Origin: Octopus bimaculoides
Taxonomy: Eukaryota
Assembly: GCF_001194135.2 (NCBI RefSeq)
Contig: NC_068982.1
Span: 147,158,083 to 147,222,082, forward strand
Length of the DNA: 64,000 bases
Reading direction: 5' to 3'
Under the pieces are notes generated by a model. It saw nothing but the letters and a program-made list of their open reading frames with translations. It was not told the DNA's origin and searched no databases. Both the position numbers and the translations under genes were made by a program. Shown in pieces: positions 52,476-64,000 of the stretch. The number at the start of each line of letters is the position of its first letter. Position 1 is the stretch's first letter.

Positions 52476-53518
52476 TAATTTTTCCTTTCGTTTTGGTTAG
52501 CATCTGGATAGCCTAAGAGAAAAGAATGATTACTTCAAAAAGACGCTATGCTAAGCACTTATTTTCTTACTGGCACATTGACCAAAATAAAGCCACTAAG
52601 TTTACTAACCACGTATGGGGTCTGAAGACCTACTCCACGCCATATACAATCAAATGAAAAATCGTAGAAAAATCTATGCCATACGTTCATGGATCTAAAA
52701 TAAATGCAAGTTATGCCTAGCTGAAAGATTGTTCATGCTTTGTAAATTTTGGACATTCACTGCACTGCTAAATTCCAAATCAGAAATTTTCAGCAAATGC
52801 AAATAAATGGACAAGTTTCTTTTGGTGAACTGGAAAACACCAGCCTCTTCAGATTGAGCAGCCGTATTCCAGACTTCAAACCGCTTCCGTTGATTCTACC
52901 CAACTAGCTTTTTAGCTTAACGCTCAAACGAGACATAACTCTAAATCTTCTTCGCCATTTTCTTTTCGTTTTTTCACGCTTCTACTCTTTGTATCCACCT
53001 AACTTTCGATATTTCTTGTCATTTCTCTTGTTATAATCTCCACATTTACAGGTTATGTGCACAGAGCATCGAGATTGCTTGGAGACACTAGGCGGGTTTT
53101 TAAAACCTGCCAAGATAACATCTCTATTGAATGAAACTATTAGTAGCTCATAACGATAGACTGTATACATGAAACACTATATAGTTTTTAACGGTGGAAC
53201 TCAAGGTTCATGAATGAGAATATTCCTCCTTCATAAATATCGTGTATATATGTGTGCATGTGATTTTCAAACCAGTTATTATATTATGAAACAGTATGAA
53301 CATGGTGGCATTTCATTATCTGCTTTCCGTTTCAATTCCTATCTTCTTAATGGCTTTAGAAGATCCTTACATAGCAGCCTCTTAAAAAAAGCTACATGTG
53401 CGTCGCATATATGCATTTTTACACATTCACACAATCACTCTTTTACATAACGTATGAATATCTTTATATATATATTCATCTCTCTCTCTCTCTCTATCTG
53501 TCTATGTATCTATAAATG

Positions 53519-53519
<1 letters not shown>

Positions 53520-53584
<65 letters not shown>

Positions 53585-53585
53585 T
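53520..53585. repeat. (GATA)n microsatellite
   Basis: Direct inspection. Confidence 0.95.
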
Positions 53586-54312
53586 GGGGAGCTTAAATTT
53601 AACGCTAATTAATGTTTATTCTTGTAAATCCTATTATAACTCTTATGGAGAGAAATATAATTTTAATAATTGTAAATACATTTTTTCTGCTTATTGTTGA
53701 TACGATGGCTACATGCCAACTGCAATGTTGTACATGAAAAGTTTATTACTATAAATATTCAAGCAAACATCATTGATGCTTCTTAATTATGATAACTGAA
53801 CAAACAGTTTTGAATTATTAAGCTTCCCTGAATTTTATATTTTTCAAAATTGCCGTTGGGAAAACTCAAAATTAATTGATGTCATAGATGAAAGTATAAG
53901 ATGGCTAGTATTACCAAACTGAAAATGGTAATTATATACAATAAATGTGATTGATGCCTGTATATAATACTTTCCAATGCAACGATAGATTTTGATTCGT
54001 ATAAAAGTATACCTTACAGCATAAATCACTCATGTAATATTTACGTTTATAGAAATTTCTAAGCGCTCAATGTTGTGTCATTGGCAATCAGGAAATGTTC
54101 GGTGTTAGAAAATATAGCTTTCCCCAAAAAATCAGCAAATATTGCTTCTGATGTCATTTTTAATACAGATGGATTGTTATCAGTATCTTCAAAATGAATA
54201 CCACATTCTCTGATAGAGTTCTCCCTCACAAAACTTCTAGATAAGTTAAGATTACACAAAAGAACGAAAAACATTAAGATATTATAGATCTATGTATCTA
54301 TCTATCAATCTA

Positions 54313-54369
<57 letters not shown>

Positions 54370-54726
54370 NNNNNNNNNNNNNNNNNNNNNNNNNNNNNNN
54401 NNNNNNNNNNNNNNNNNNNNNNNNNNNNNNNNNNNNNNNNNNNNNNNNNNNNNNNNNNNNNNNNNNNNNNNNNNNNNNNNNNNNNNNNNNNNNNNNNNNN
54501 NNNNNNNNNNNNNNNNNNNNNNNNNNNNNNNNNNNNNNNNNNNNNNNNNNNNNNNNNNNNNNNNNNNNNNNNNNNNNNNNNNNNNNNNNNNNNNNNNNNN
54601 NNNNNNNNNNNNNNNNNNNNNNNNNNNNNNNNNNNNNNNNNNNNNNNNNNNNNNNNNNNNNNNNNNNNNNNNNNNNNNNNNNNNNNNNNNNNNNNNNNNN
54701 NNNNNNNNNNNNNNNNNNNNNNNNNN

Positions 54727-55245
54727 ATATAAAGGCGGACAAGCGGAACAACAATTAGAAAGACAGGCAAAAAAAGACGGGTGATTTGTGGTTCTCTTTC
54801 CTCAGTCAAGTCCCAGAAGTTATGACCATGTCGTGCAGTTACACTTGAGATGTTTCGATCTGGTTGTCCCAAAAAGTCTAAGCTAAGAGCATTAGAGCCC
54901 TTTGTAAGAAAACTAGCGAATGTGTACTGCAACAAAGACAAACAATCAAACAAAAAAAAAACAATGGAGAACATGGTACACAATTACGAATACAAACGAG
55001 AAATAACAACAGGTGTCTTTCGACTGAGAACGATTCAAATTGAGCTGGCGTGTATGAAGTGAAAGCGTTAAAGGCAGGAACATATGAGATGGACATAAGA
55101 GGTGTTGGCGGTCGGCAAGTCAGGCCAAGAAAGAAAGATCATGGCTAGCCGGACACGAGTCACATGGAAAGAGTAGAGATGGGGAGGGAGCAGTGAGATT
55201 GAAGGATTAGAAAAAAATCAGAGACAAAGACAGAGGTACAGGGAA
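54727..55245. mobile_element. Unclassified approx. 520-bp interspersed repeat, copy 2
   Basis: Homologous to 42412-42975 in the same orientation; both copies abut an N gap on the left. Confidence 0.75.
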
Positions 55246-55373
55246 GATAAACGAGTGGGAGTTAAAGAAAGAGAGGGCCAAGAAATGTGAGAGAGGAGGA
55301 GCGAGAAAAGGGAAGAAAAAAGAGAGGAAGATTAAAAGAGTAAAAGTCGTACAAAATTTAGGTACATACCTAC

Positions 55374-55428
<55 letters not shown>

Positions 55429-55694
55429 ATACAAACCTGAATCTACTATATTATATCTCGGACAGACTCTACAGCTATTAAAAGAGAGAAACATACAATG
55501 TAAATGGGAAAATTTTCTGCTATTGTAATAAGTTGCAAGAGACTCTCTGATTGATGGCTGCCTCACGTTAAGCACACGCATGGACGCTATTTCGAAATTT
55601 TGTCTAAAATGTGGAACAAATAATTCCAACAATCTGCATCTTATTTTGTCCCATTTTTCCTATTATTTGCGATGTGTGTGTGCATTTCGTGTTT

Positions 55695-55728
<34 letters not shown>

Positions 55729-57051
55729 CGCGTGTGTGTGTGTGTTTGTGTGTGCGAATGTTTGCATACGTGCGGGTGTCTGTAAGTGTCAATACCATCC
55801 ATACTTACATACAAACATCCACACATATGCATATGAATAACTATATATATGTATATATATATATATATGTATCCATACAATTTTTTTACAGAAAACCAAA
55901 TGTCATAAATGGCAGGGTTCCTGCTAGTTTATTCCTTAAGTTTTGTTTACTTCACATTTGTTTTCAGGGCGATATTGAATTGTTTATTTGCCATAGAGAT
56001 GCTTGAGCAAATGGTATAACATAATTGGATCAATCTTAGTTCTTGTTGCCAAAACATCTTAACATCATAATATGGAATGAGGTAAACTGTAATTTTAAGC
56101 TAAGTTACGGAAGTAGTTTTCAAAATATTTGAATAATTTCCGTCCATTTACAGGTAGAGGTTTACTGTTTTGTTCATTTTAAATTTCTGTCACCTGTAGG
56201 TATGGAGAGGAAGCACTATTCAATTGCCGCAAGAATTAACGCAAATCATACATAAATGGAAGCTTAACGGTACGAAAGAAAACATCCAGTCGAATTGAAG
56301 AAAACACCGTTGATAGCTCCTGAAGTTTCGAGCGAATTTAGTATCTAATAAAGGCTTATCATAGCTTATTTTATCACAAAAATATTTTGTTATAAAACAG
56401 GCAAATATGTGTTAGAAACATGTGATATATATACTTTAGATTTCTTTCCCGATTTGCTGCTACGACGAACAGTAAATTAATTCTTGAAGATATGACTATA
56501 CGAGTATGTTACAGATAGAAACTTTAAGAATCTGGTACCCCAAAATTGAACTGTTGATTCTTGTTACACATAATGACGTAGAAGGTGATTTTTTTTTTTA
56601 CCATCGTCTCATTCACGAGATAGATGACAAATGTGCAGAGTTAGTGATTCGATTGTATCGGTGATTATACACATAGTTAAGGTTTTTAATTATCTGTGTA
56701 TAAAGAGTACAGAGAAAGGAGACAAAGATAAACACGTACGATGACGCGAGCATTATGTAGTGGTGCGTTTAAGTAAAGGTTAAAGTATGTATCATATATA
56801 AACTGAATTAATAAATTCAGTCTATATACTAGCGCAAATAACTGGAGTATTAGTAAGTTTACAAAGAGCGGCAATAAGCTTGAATTAATTAAAGGGTTGT
56901 TGTGACGAACGAGCAATACCAGGTGACAATCACTTGACCGGGACAAGCACTATCAAATGTTTTGTATGAACGACGAGTCACTGACAAGCCAAATCCTAAA
57001 TGATCAAAAATGATTAAAAATATAAAATAATAAAATGCGCCTTTTTTAAAG

Positions 57052-57256
57052 CCTAGCCAGGATCATGGTCCCAGTTTCCCGGTTTTTATGGCGTATATGT
57101 TCCCCAGCTGGACGGGACGCCAGTCCATCGCAGCGTTACTCATTTTTGCCAGATGAGTGGATTGGAGCAACGTGAAATAAAGTGTGCAGGAATCGAAACC
57201 ACAATCTTACGATTAGGATGCTGACACCCCTAATCACTAAGCCACGCGCCTCCACC
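57052..57256 (-). mobile_element. SINE family C copy
   Basis: Reverse-complement head GTGGAGGCGCGTGGCTTAGTGATTAGG..GTTTCGATTCC contains tRNA-type A and B boxes. Confidence 0.8.
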
Positions 57257-57500
57257 GGAAATGATAAGCAAAATTAAATATATAGAAGAGTTTTATGAGA
57301 ACAGGAATCAGTCCGGGATCGGAGGTCCATCAAGGTTGGCATAATCGTGTTATGAAGAAGTTATGAAGAAGTTTGCTTCGCATTCTCGATACCCTGGTTT
57401 CAATAATTAACGCAAACTCGTGACATCATGAACAAGTGTGTGCCACCATAAACTTGGCTAGAAACAAAGCTTCCTGACTGAAATTTTAAAACAAATTTTT

Positions 57501-57685
57501 AAGGCGGCGAACTGGCAAAATCGTTTGCAGGAGGAAATGCTTAGCGGTAGTTCTGTCTTTGCGTTCTCAGTTCAAATTCTGCCGAGGTCGACTTTACGTT
57601 TCATCCTTCCAAGTTCGATAAAACAAATAGCATTTGACCACTTGAATTGATGTATTCGATTTCCTCTCTCCCCAAAATTGCTCTT
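57501..57685 (+). mobile_element. SINE family B copy
   Basis: AAGGCGGCGAACTGGCAAAATCGTT..CAGTTCAAATTCTGCCGAGGTCGACTTT. Confidence 0.8.
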
Positions 57686-58074
57686 CTTCTATCAGTCTCT
57701 TTTGTCGAGCCGCTAATTTACGGGCACGTAAACACACCAACATCTGTTGTCAAGTGATGATGGAGGACCAATAAAGACACACAAATACATACATATATAC
57801 AAACACACATATATATATATATATGTAGAAGTATTAGTTCAAGCTGGAGAGGGTAAACGAAAGAGTGATGGGATGAGAAATGCACACACACACACATATG
57901 AGGCAAAACAGTTTCTCCAGTGCATATACTTCACTTTCAAGTGCTCCAGATATTCAAATCTGAGGCGTTAGAATAATGTAGCAGTAAGTTGGGTCTAGGG
58001 GCTGAATGAATATAAGTGTATATGAGAATTGGTTGAGACGCAAGCTTTTTACCACAAGGTCACTCCTGCGCCTA
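57686..58074 (-). mobile_element. SINE family A copy whose middle is replaced by a 209-bp foreign segment
   Basis: 3' body at 57686-57790 and 5' head at 58030-58074 (GCAAGC..TTACCACA..CACTCCTGCGCCTAT), interrupted by 57824-58032. Confidence 0.75.
57824..58032 (-). mobile_element. Truncated inverted copy of the 237-bp TG...CA element
   Basis: Reverse complement of 58999-59205, differing by one substitution and one CA unit. Confidence 0.9.
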
Positions 58075-58382
58075 TGAATATATTATGCGTATATACATGT
58101 GTATTTATTTCTTGTGTGTCAAATTTCACTCAACATTTTGAGCGTCCTGTACGGTAGAAGATGTTACGCATACAATCGAACCTGTTTTCATGTTAATGAG
58201 AGGTAGATTTCTTGATAGTACTGTCGAGCAATTGTAAAAAATTAAGATAAACAAATGGAATTTGATGTCTTTATTTGGTCTTCAACGTAGATTCAACTGA
58301 CGCACAGCAACGATCAGCACCGGATTGAATGATAGTTTTGTATTTTAGTGTACAATAAATATGTTTCCTACAGGAAATACCT

Positions 58383-58787
58383 ATAGGCGCAGGAGTGGCT
58401 GTGTGGTAAGTAGCTTGCTTACCAACCACATGGTTCCGGGTTCAGTCCCATTGCGTGGCACCTTGGGCAAGTGTCTTCTACTATAGCCTCGGGCCGACCA
58501 AAGCCTTGTGAGTGGATTTTGGTAGACGGAAACTGAAAGAAGCCCGTCGGATATATCTATATGTATATATATGTGTGTGTGTGTGTGTGTATACGTTTGT
58601 GTGTCTGTGTTTGTCCCCCCACCATCGCTTGACAACCGATGCTGGTGTGTTTACCTCCCCGTAACTTAGTGGTTCGGCAAAAGAGCCCGATAGAATAAGT
58701 ACTAGGCATCCAAAGAATAAGTCCTGGGGTCGATTTGCTCGACTAAAGGTGGTGCTCCAGCATGGCCGCAGTCAAATGACTGAAACA
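58383..58787 (+). mobile_element. Full-length young SINE family A (tRNA-derived head, internal TA/TG microsatellite)
   Basis: A box TGGCTGTGTGG, B box GGTTCAGTCCC, then CACCTTGGGCAAGTGTCTTCTACT, an internal microsatellite at about 58550-58610, and the 3' end GTCAAATGACTGAAACA. Confidence 0.92.
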
Positions 58788-58918
58788 TGTGTATGTATAT
58801 GTGTGTGTATATAAATATATATAAACACCTGCATAGTCTCTCTTTCTCCCTCCTCCTTCTCTCTCCATTCACACACACATAGAAATACACATGTACACGT
58901 ACGCACACACCCGCACAC

Positions 58919-58968
<50 letters not shown>

Positions 58969-58969
<1 letters not shown>

Positions 58970-59205
58970 GTAGAAGTAAGAACCAAATTTAAGCGAATCC
59001 AATTCTCATATACACTTATATTCATTCAGCCCCTAGACCCAACTTACTGCTACATTATTCTAACGCCTCAGATTTGAATATCTGGAGCACTTCAAAGTGA
59101 AGTATATGCACTGGAGAAACTGTTTTGCCTCATATGTGTGTGTGTGCATTTCTCATCCCATCACTCTTTCGTTTACCCTCTCCAGCTTGAACTAATACTT
59201 CTACA
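58969..59205 (+). mobile_element. 237-bp element with 10-bp terminal inverted repeats TGTAGAAGTA...TACTTCTACA (solo-LTR-like or MITE)
   Basis: Termini read directly. Homology with 57824-58032 stops exactly at the terminal TG. No TSD evident. Confidence 0.6.
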
Positions 59206-59760
59206 CTAACAATATATCATATTTTTCATCGACGTTCATTATTTTATACCCTCGTTAAAGAATATTATGTGTACAATCTTTATGCATATGTAAGCACGTA
59301 TGAATGTATGTAGGTATCTATGTGTATATGTGTGCCTGTGCATGTATCCATATGTGTGTGTGTGTGTATAAATATATATGTTTCTGTTCACACATACACG
59401 CACACACATGCATACAAATATTTGTGGGGGTGGTACTTCTTTACGTCGTTACTTGAGCCGATTACACTTGAGAGGTTCGTCTTGCTGTATTTTTACAATG
59501 TAGTTTTGTAGTGGGTGGTGTCGAGAGGTGTATGTTTATCCCAACCCCCACCTTTACAGAGAGTCTGTCCTCTGCACAGACTATTGACGAACGAAAGCAC
59601 CGCTTATCTCTGACGCCATTCTAACCCCCACCCTCCCGTCTCTGTACGCTGGTCTTGTTTGTTGTGCTGTCCAAATCAATTAAGACTTCAACGGTCTTTC
59701 AACCAGAAGACCAAACACGCAATTTGGCTATATTTACTAAATCTTTTTGTTTTTTGCCCT

Positions 59761-59816
<56 letters not shown>

Positions 59817-59902
59817 GATAGATAAATACATACATACATATCTATGTTTGTATACATTTATATCTGTGTATGTCCACACACACACACATATATACATATA
59901 TA

Positions 59903-59957
<55 letters not shown>

Positions 59958-60475
59958 ATACATGCATGTGTGTATGTATTCTTATCTCGGGAGCATCTTT
60001 CAAACATTGAATGCATGTTGCTGCTGTTCTTGCTTTACTTCACCACCGTCGCTGTCAATGACCCTTCTCGTCAGCGCCTTCGCTGCTGCTATCACCGCTA
60101 TCGACGGTGATGCCACCAGTGCTGCCTACGACGTCACAGATGCCTCTGTTTTTCGGGGATATTGTCGCTTTCGTCTTCACTATTGATGGCAGCTGTTGGT
60201 GTTATTGATGTTTCTGTTATGCGCTTGTTACTGAATATCAGTCGCGTGTGTCGTTATGCGCTTGTGGTCATGTTGCTTGCTTCTTATAATTTAACTGTTG
60301 CAGTTGTTGCAGTTGTTTGATGTTGTTGCTCATATTTATATAAAAATGAAACAACAGCAAATGTTCCAGCAACAAACACAAGATGTAATGCAATGGTAAA
60401 ATTAGTAATAGCGATCATGCAGAAACAGGAGACTGTAGGCTTGAGGAAACGATGTAACGTATTGATTTCAATTGA

Positions 60476-60937
60476 TTTCAAATTTTGGCACTAGGTCAGC
60501 AAGTTCAGGAGAGAGGGTAAGTCGATTAAATGGACCCAAGTGTTCAACTGGTACTTATTTCATCGACCACGAACATATGAAAGGCAAAGTCTGCCTCGGC
60601 GGAATTTAAACCCAGAACATGGAGACGGACAAACTGGCGCTAAACACCCGGCGTGCTAATGATTCTGCCAGCTCTCCGCTTGAAAACGATGTAACATTAA
60701 GAGGAAACTGGTATTCAACTGGTATTTTCTTTGACTTAATCATAGAAGAATGAAAGAGAAAATACCTTGGTGGGGTTAATACTTTGAACGTAATGCAAGC
60801 TAACTCACCAGTGAATATCCTTGTACACCCCTTCTCGACATCCTAGAAAGAACTCTTTAATCTTCCTCGGACTACACTGAGTAATTCTAGGTATTTTATT
60901 CTCTACTGCTCGCAAAAATATTACTCTCCTATCTTTA

Positions 60938-61002
<65 letters not shown>

Positions 61003-61113
61003 AACTACTGCTACTGCTACTGTTGTTGCTTCTACTGGTATTACTTCTACTACTACTACTACTATTAGTGCTGCTGCTGGCATTGCTTCTGCTGTTGTTG
61101 CTATTGCTACTAC

Positions 61114-61177
<64 letters not shown>

Positions 61178-62140
61178 TGTTGTTGTTGTTGTTGGGAACA
61201 AGGCAAGCAGATTAGATGTTTTATAAACTTGACTGGTACTTGATTCTATATAGATGAAAGGTAAAATTGAACACGGCGGTTTTTGAACTCTGAACATAAA
61301 GAATCCAAAACTAATATTTTTCCATCGTTCTTAACGATTCGTATTTCTTTATTGCCCACAAGGGGCTAAACATAGAGGGGGCAAACAAGGACAGACAAAG
61401 GGATTAAGTCGATTACATCCACCCCGGTCCGTAACTAGTATTTAATTTATCGACCCCGAAAGGATGAAAGGATGAATCGTTCTTAACGATTCTGCCACCT
61501 TGACACCCTCAAATGGCACCGTGTCAGATACTTTGGACACAAGAGTTACTCGATTAAATCGAAGCCAGTACTTTACTGGTACCTTTCTAAATTGCTATTC
61601 AGTCACCCATAAAATAAAAGGCAAAGTCGATTACGGCGGAATTCGAACTTAGAATGTAAAGAAACGTTATTAAAGACAGGATGGAATATTCTTCACCCTT
61701 TCTACTCAACGGTACCACTCATCGTACGTTTGGAAACAACCATAAGACCTAATGCATGAACAGATTCGCGCAGTTAGAGGATGAGTCTTGTCGGTTAAAT
61801 TTAGTACTTGAGTGGTACCTATTTACCGATACAGGAACGACGAAACGAAACGGTGGCCTCGTTAAGTTTTGAGCTCAGAAAGTAAAAGGCGAGTGCAAAT
61901 ACATGTTATTTTGCCCGACATTCTAGCGTTTCTCCTTGAAATTTCTTCCATTGGCAGAAGCCCACTAATTATGTGGAAAGTTTCGTCGATTAAAATGACT
62001 CCAATATTCCACTCCTGAAAGATAAAATGTAAAAGGAATCTCTGCAAGATTAGAACACAGACTGCTAAATAAAGTGAGTTTACCCCTAGACTTTTAGTCC
62101 AGTACGCTGCCAAATTCTACCGTTCACGATCCATTTAATA
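60476..62140 (-). mobile_element. Cluster of at least six same-orientation SINE family B copies (about 60476-60681, 60710-60800, 61195-61500, 61341-61475 nested, 61520-61675, 61750-61935)
   Basis: Repeated GTCGATTA.ATCGA, ACTGGTAC, GAAAGGCAAAGTC, CGGCGGAATT and GAACTCAGAA motifs. Confidence 0.8.
60938..61177. repeat. (ACT)n and (AGT)n tracts in inverted arrangement
   Basis: (ACT)n at 60938-61002 and (AGT)n at 61115-61177, with a decayed triplet spacer. Confidence 0.95.
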
Positions 62141-62628
62141 GATGTCAAAATGGCAATAATTATGATGATTTCTTTATTTTGCTATAGCGGGACAAATGAG
62201 TGAAAGGATGTACAAGGTCAAGTTACAAAAATTATCGGGATTGACACAAAACCGACCCTGAAAAACTTATACGCCAAAGTAGAAATAAGAAATGAATGGG
62301 ATGTTAGTGAAGGGATGAGAGAGAAACCGTTGTTTCCGATTCGTCGTGTGTTTACTGTTAAAATATTGTACTGAACATGATCATTAAATAAGAAACGACA
62401 AAGTAACGAAAGTTCCTTTCATGTAGTGGCTTGGTTAGACAAGTTTTGTTATCACCTGGTTCTGTAATTATATGAGAATGAAGGAGAGATTTAGAATGAG
62501 AGGGAGAGAATATGAATGAAGTAATGCGAGTAGACTATGAGCTGGTCTTTGTCTCCAGCCTGTCACTGTGTTGTTCTCAGAATGTTAGCTTTCTGTAAGC
62601 TTCATAATAAATCTGATTAGACAGATTT

Positions 62629-62644
62629 GTGATGACGTCATCAC
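62629..62644. promoter_or_regulatory. 16-bp perfect palindrome containing a full CRE (TGACGTCA)
   Basis: GTGATGACGTCATCAC in unique, non-repetitive sequence; function not demonstrated. Confidence 0.3.
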
Positions 62645-64000
62645 TCACAAGTTCAGCAATTGTTTCCATTGAATATCTTTATCAAATCTAAGTATAGACC
62701 TGTTACATATCTATTTGTATAAAGCTGCTTTATATCTATTTGAACAATAGGTTATTGTACAATAATAATATCTGTTATCTGTCACTGATAAACATAATTC
62801 AACAATAGTTTACCGATGACACATTAATTTATCAAAATTCAGATATATGCTCCATTCACATTGGAACTTCGAACTATAAAGATCTATTAGCATCGGCCAG
62901 CATCATACTGAAATTGCGACTACGGAGGCCTAGAAATTTTGAAGCAAATTTTAGGCATCTTATGTAATTTCAAATAAACTGAAAGAATTTATACGATAAT
63001 AGGACAAAACCCTTGATAAAATAATGGAACTAAAACACAATCACAAACAAAATACATTCATATATACACAGATATACGCAATAGATACCAAAAATTTTAT
63101 TATGCATTTTTATTGTTGATTTTTAAGAATACTTGATCAGATCACAGTATTTTTGTTGATTTAGTATTCGTTCATTCACAATGAATAAAATTTTATGTTT
63201 ATCGATATTTTTTCTTTAGAGCTGATATTAATATATGTAATAATATTTGAAATGTACGTAATCAGGATTTGTGTGAATGTGTATAAGTATAATTATGTAA
63301 AAATGCATTGTTTTCTTTTATTATATATTACATACGCTTTTATATATATTGAAATAGTTTCTTGTCAGGTATAAAAAATACATACATAGTTGAAATTTAT
63401 TTAAATTAATTTTCATTGCTGCTTTGTCAGTTATTTTATGTCTTCATATGACAAATATTAAAAAACTTATACGATCTCTACATTCAAGCACATAAATTAT
63501 TCATAAATATAGGGTTTATGGAAAATAACAAAAGTGTATTGTGGTGAAGTTTCAAAAAATATATTTTACATTAAATTAGTAAACTACATTCCTTAATTCT
63601 ATTTTAATAATTAGTTGAAAATCATCATAAAGATAATTATAGATAACAACGCTATATAAATTCTGAAGCAACAACCTGCCATTTAAAATGTTATATCAAA
63701 TGAAATTTAGAATGAAACTTCCATCTATAGAATTATTTCAGACAGAGGATTTAAAAGGGTTTACAAATAACGTCATCTGGTATAGGTTTCTATGGTATAT
63801 TTTATAAGTTTATATAAGTTTTAGTTTAACATATGATAAGTTGTAACTAAAATATATTATACATATATTAAAATGAAAACCGATTTTGTCACAGAATGTA
63901 ATATATGTATACATGTGTTTGTGTGTTGGGGTTGTTTAACGTAAACACTCTGAACTATCAAGAAGTCGCCAGTCAAATAGAAGTGTTCAAATCTTATCAG

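Noticed and set aside
52794-53135. Two short open frames after AG acceptors (ANKWTSFFGELENT...; GYVHRASRLLGD...)
   Set aside because: No homology recognised and no donors in phase; insufficient support.
54059-54274. 71-aa minus-strand ORF (RENSIRECGIHFEDTDNNPS...)
   Set aside because: No recognisable family; short ORFs of this size are expected by chance.
56795-56828. 15-bp AT-rich imperfect hairpin (also 9-bp hairpin at 20887-20912)
   Set aside because: Short and low-complexity; expected in AT-rich DNA.
58383-58460. tRNA-like A/B boxes in SINE heads as tRNA genes
   Set aside because: No complete cloverleaf; they continue into SINE bodies.

Overview
AT-rich eukaryotic (animal) non-coding DNA from a gapped draft assembly. 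It has many N runs, almost all flanked by (TA)n, (CA)n or (GA)n microsatellites. The repeat landscape (very dense microsatellites, three abundant tRNA-headed SINE families, decayed Tc1/mariner elements) resembles an octopod cephalopod genome; this is an inference, not a database match. No host protein-coding gene can be called with confidence. Nearly all listed ORFs are microsatellite, N-gap or transposon artefacts, so the window is probably intergenic or intronic. Supported content: (i) five Tc1/mariner-superfamily relics (two DD37D/maT, one DD34D mariner with both TIRs, one Tc1, one rosa-like fragment) plus a pogo/Tigger-type MITE; (ii) LINE fragments (CR1-like, RTE-like, and a HERO/R2-group fragment with a CCHC knuckle and restriction-like endonuclease); (iii) about 30 SINE copies, some with clear target-site duplications and in same-orientation clusters; (iv) the most interesting signal, several different minimal type I hammerhead-ribozyme motifs (three near-intact at 3961-4006, 4431-4466 and 6883-6938, plus decayed ones), typical of Penelope-like retroelement termini or retrozymes; (v) a 237-bp TG...CA element present twice as a near-identical inverted pair, and several perfect hairpins.
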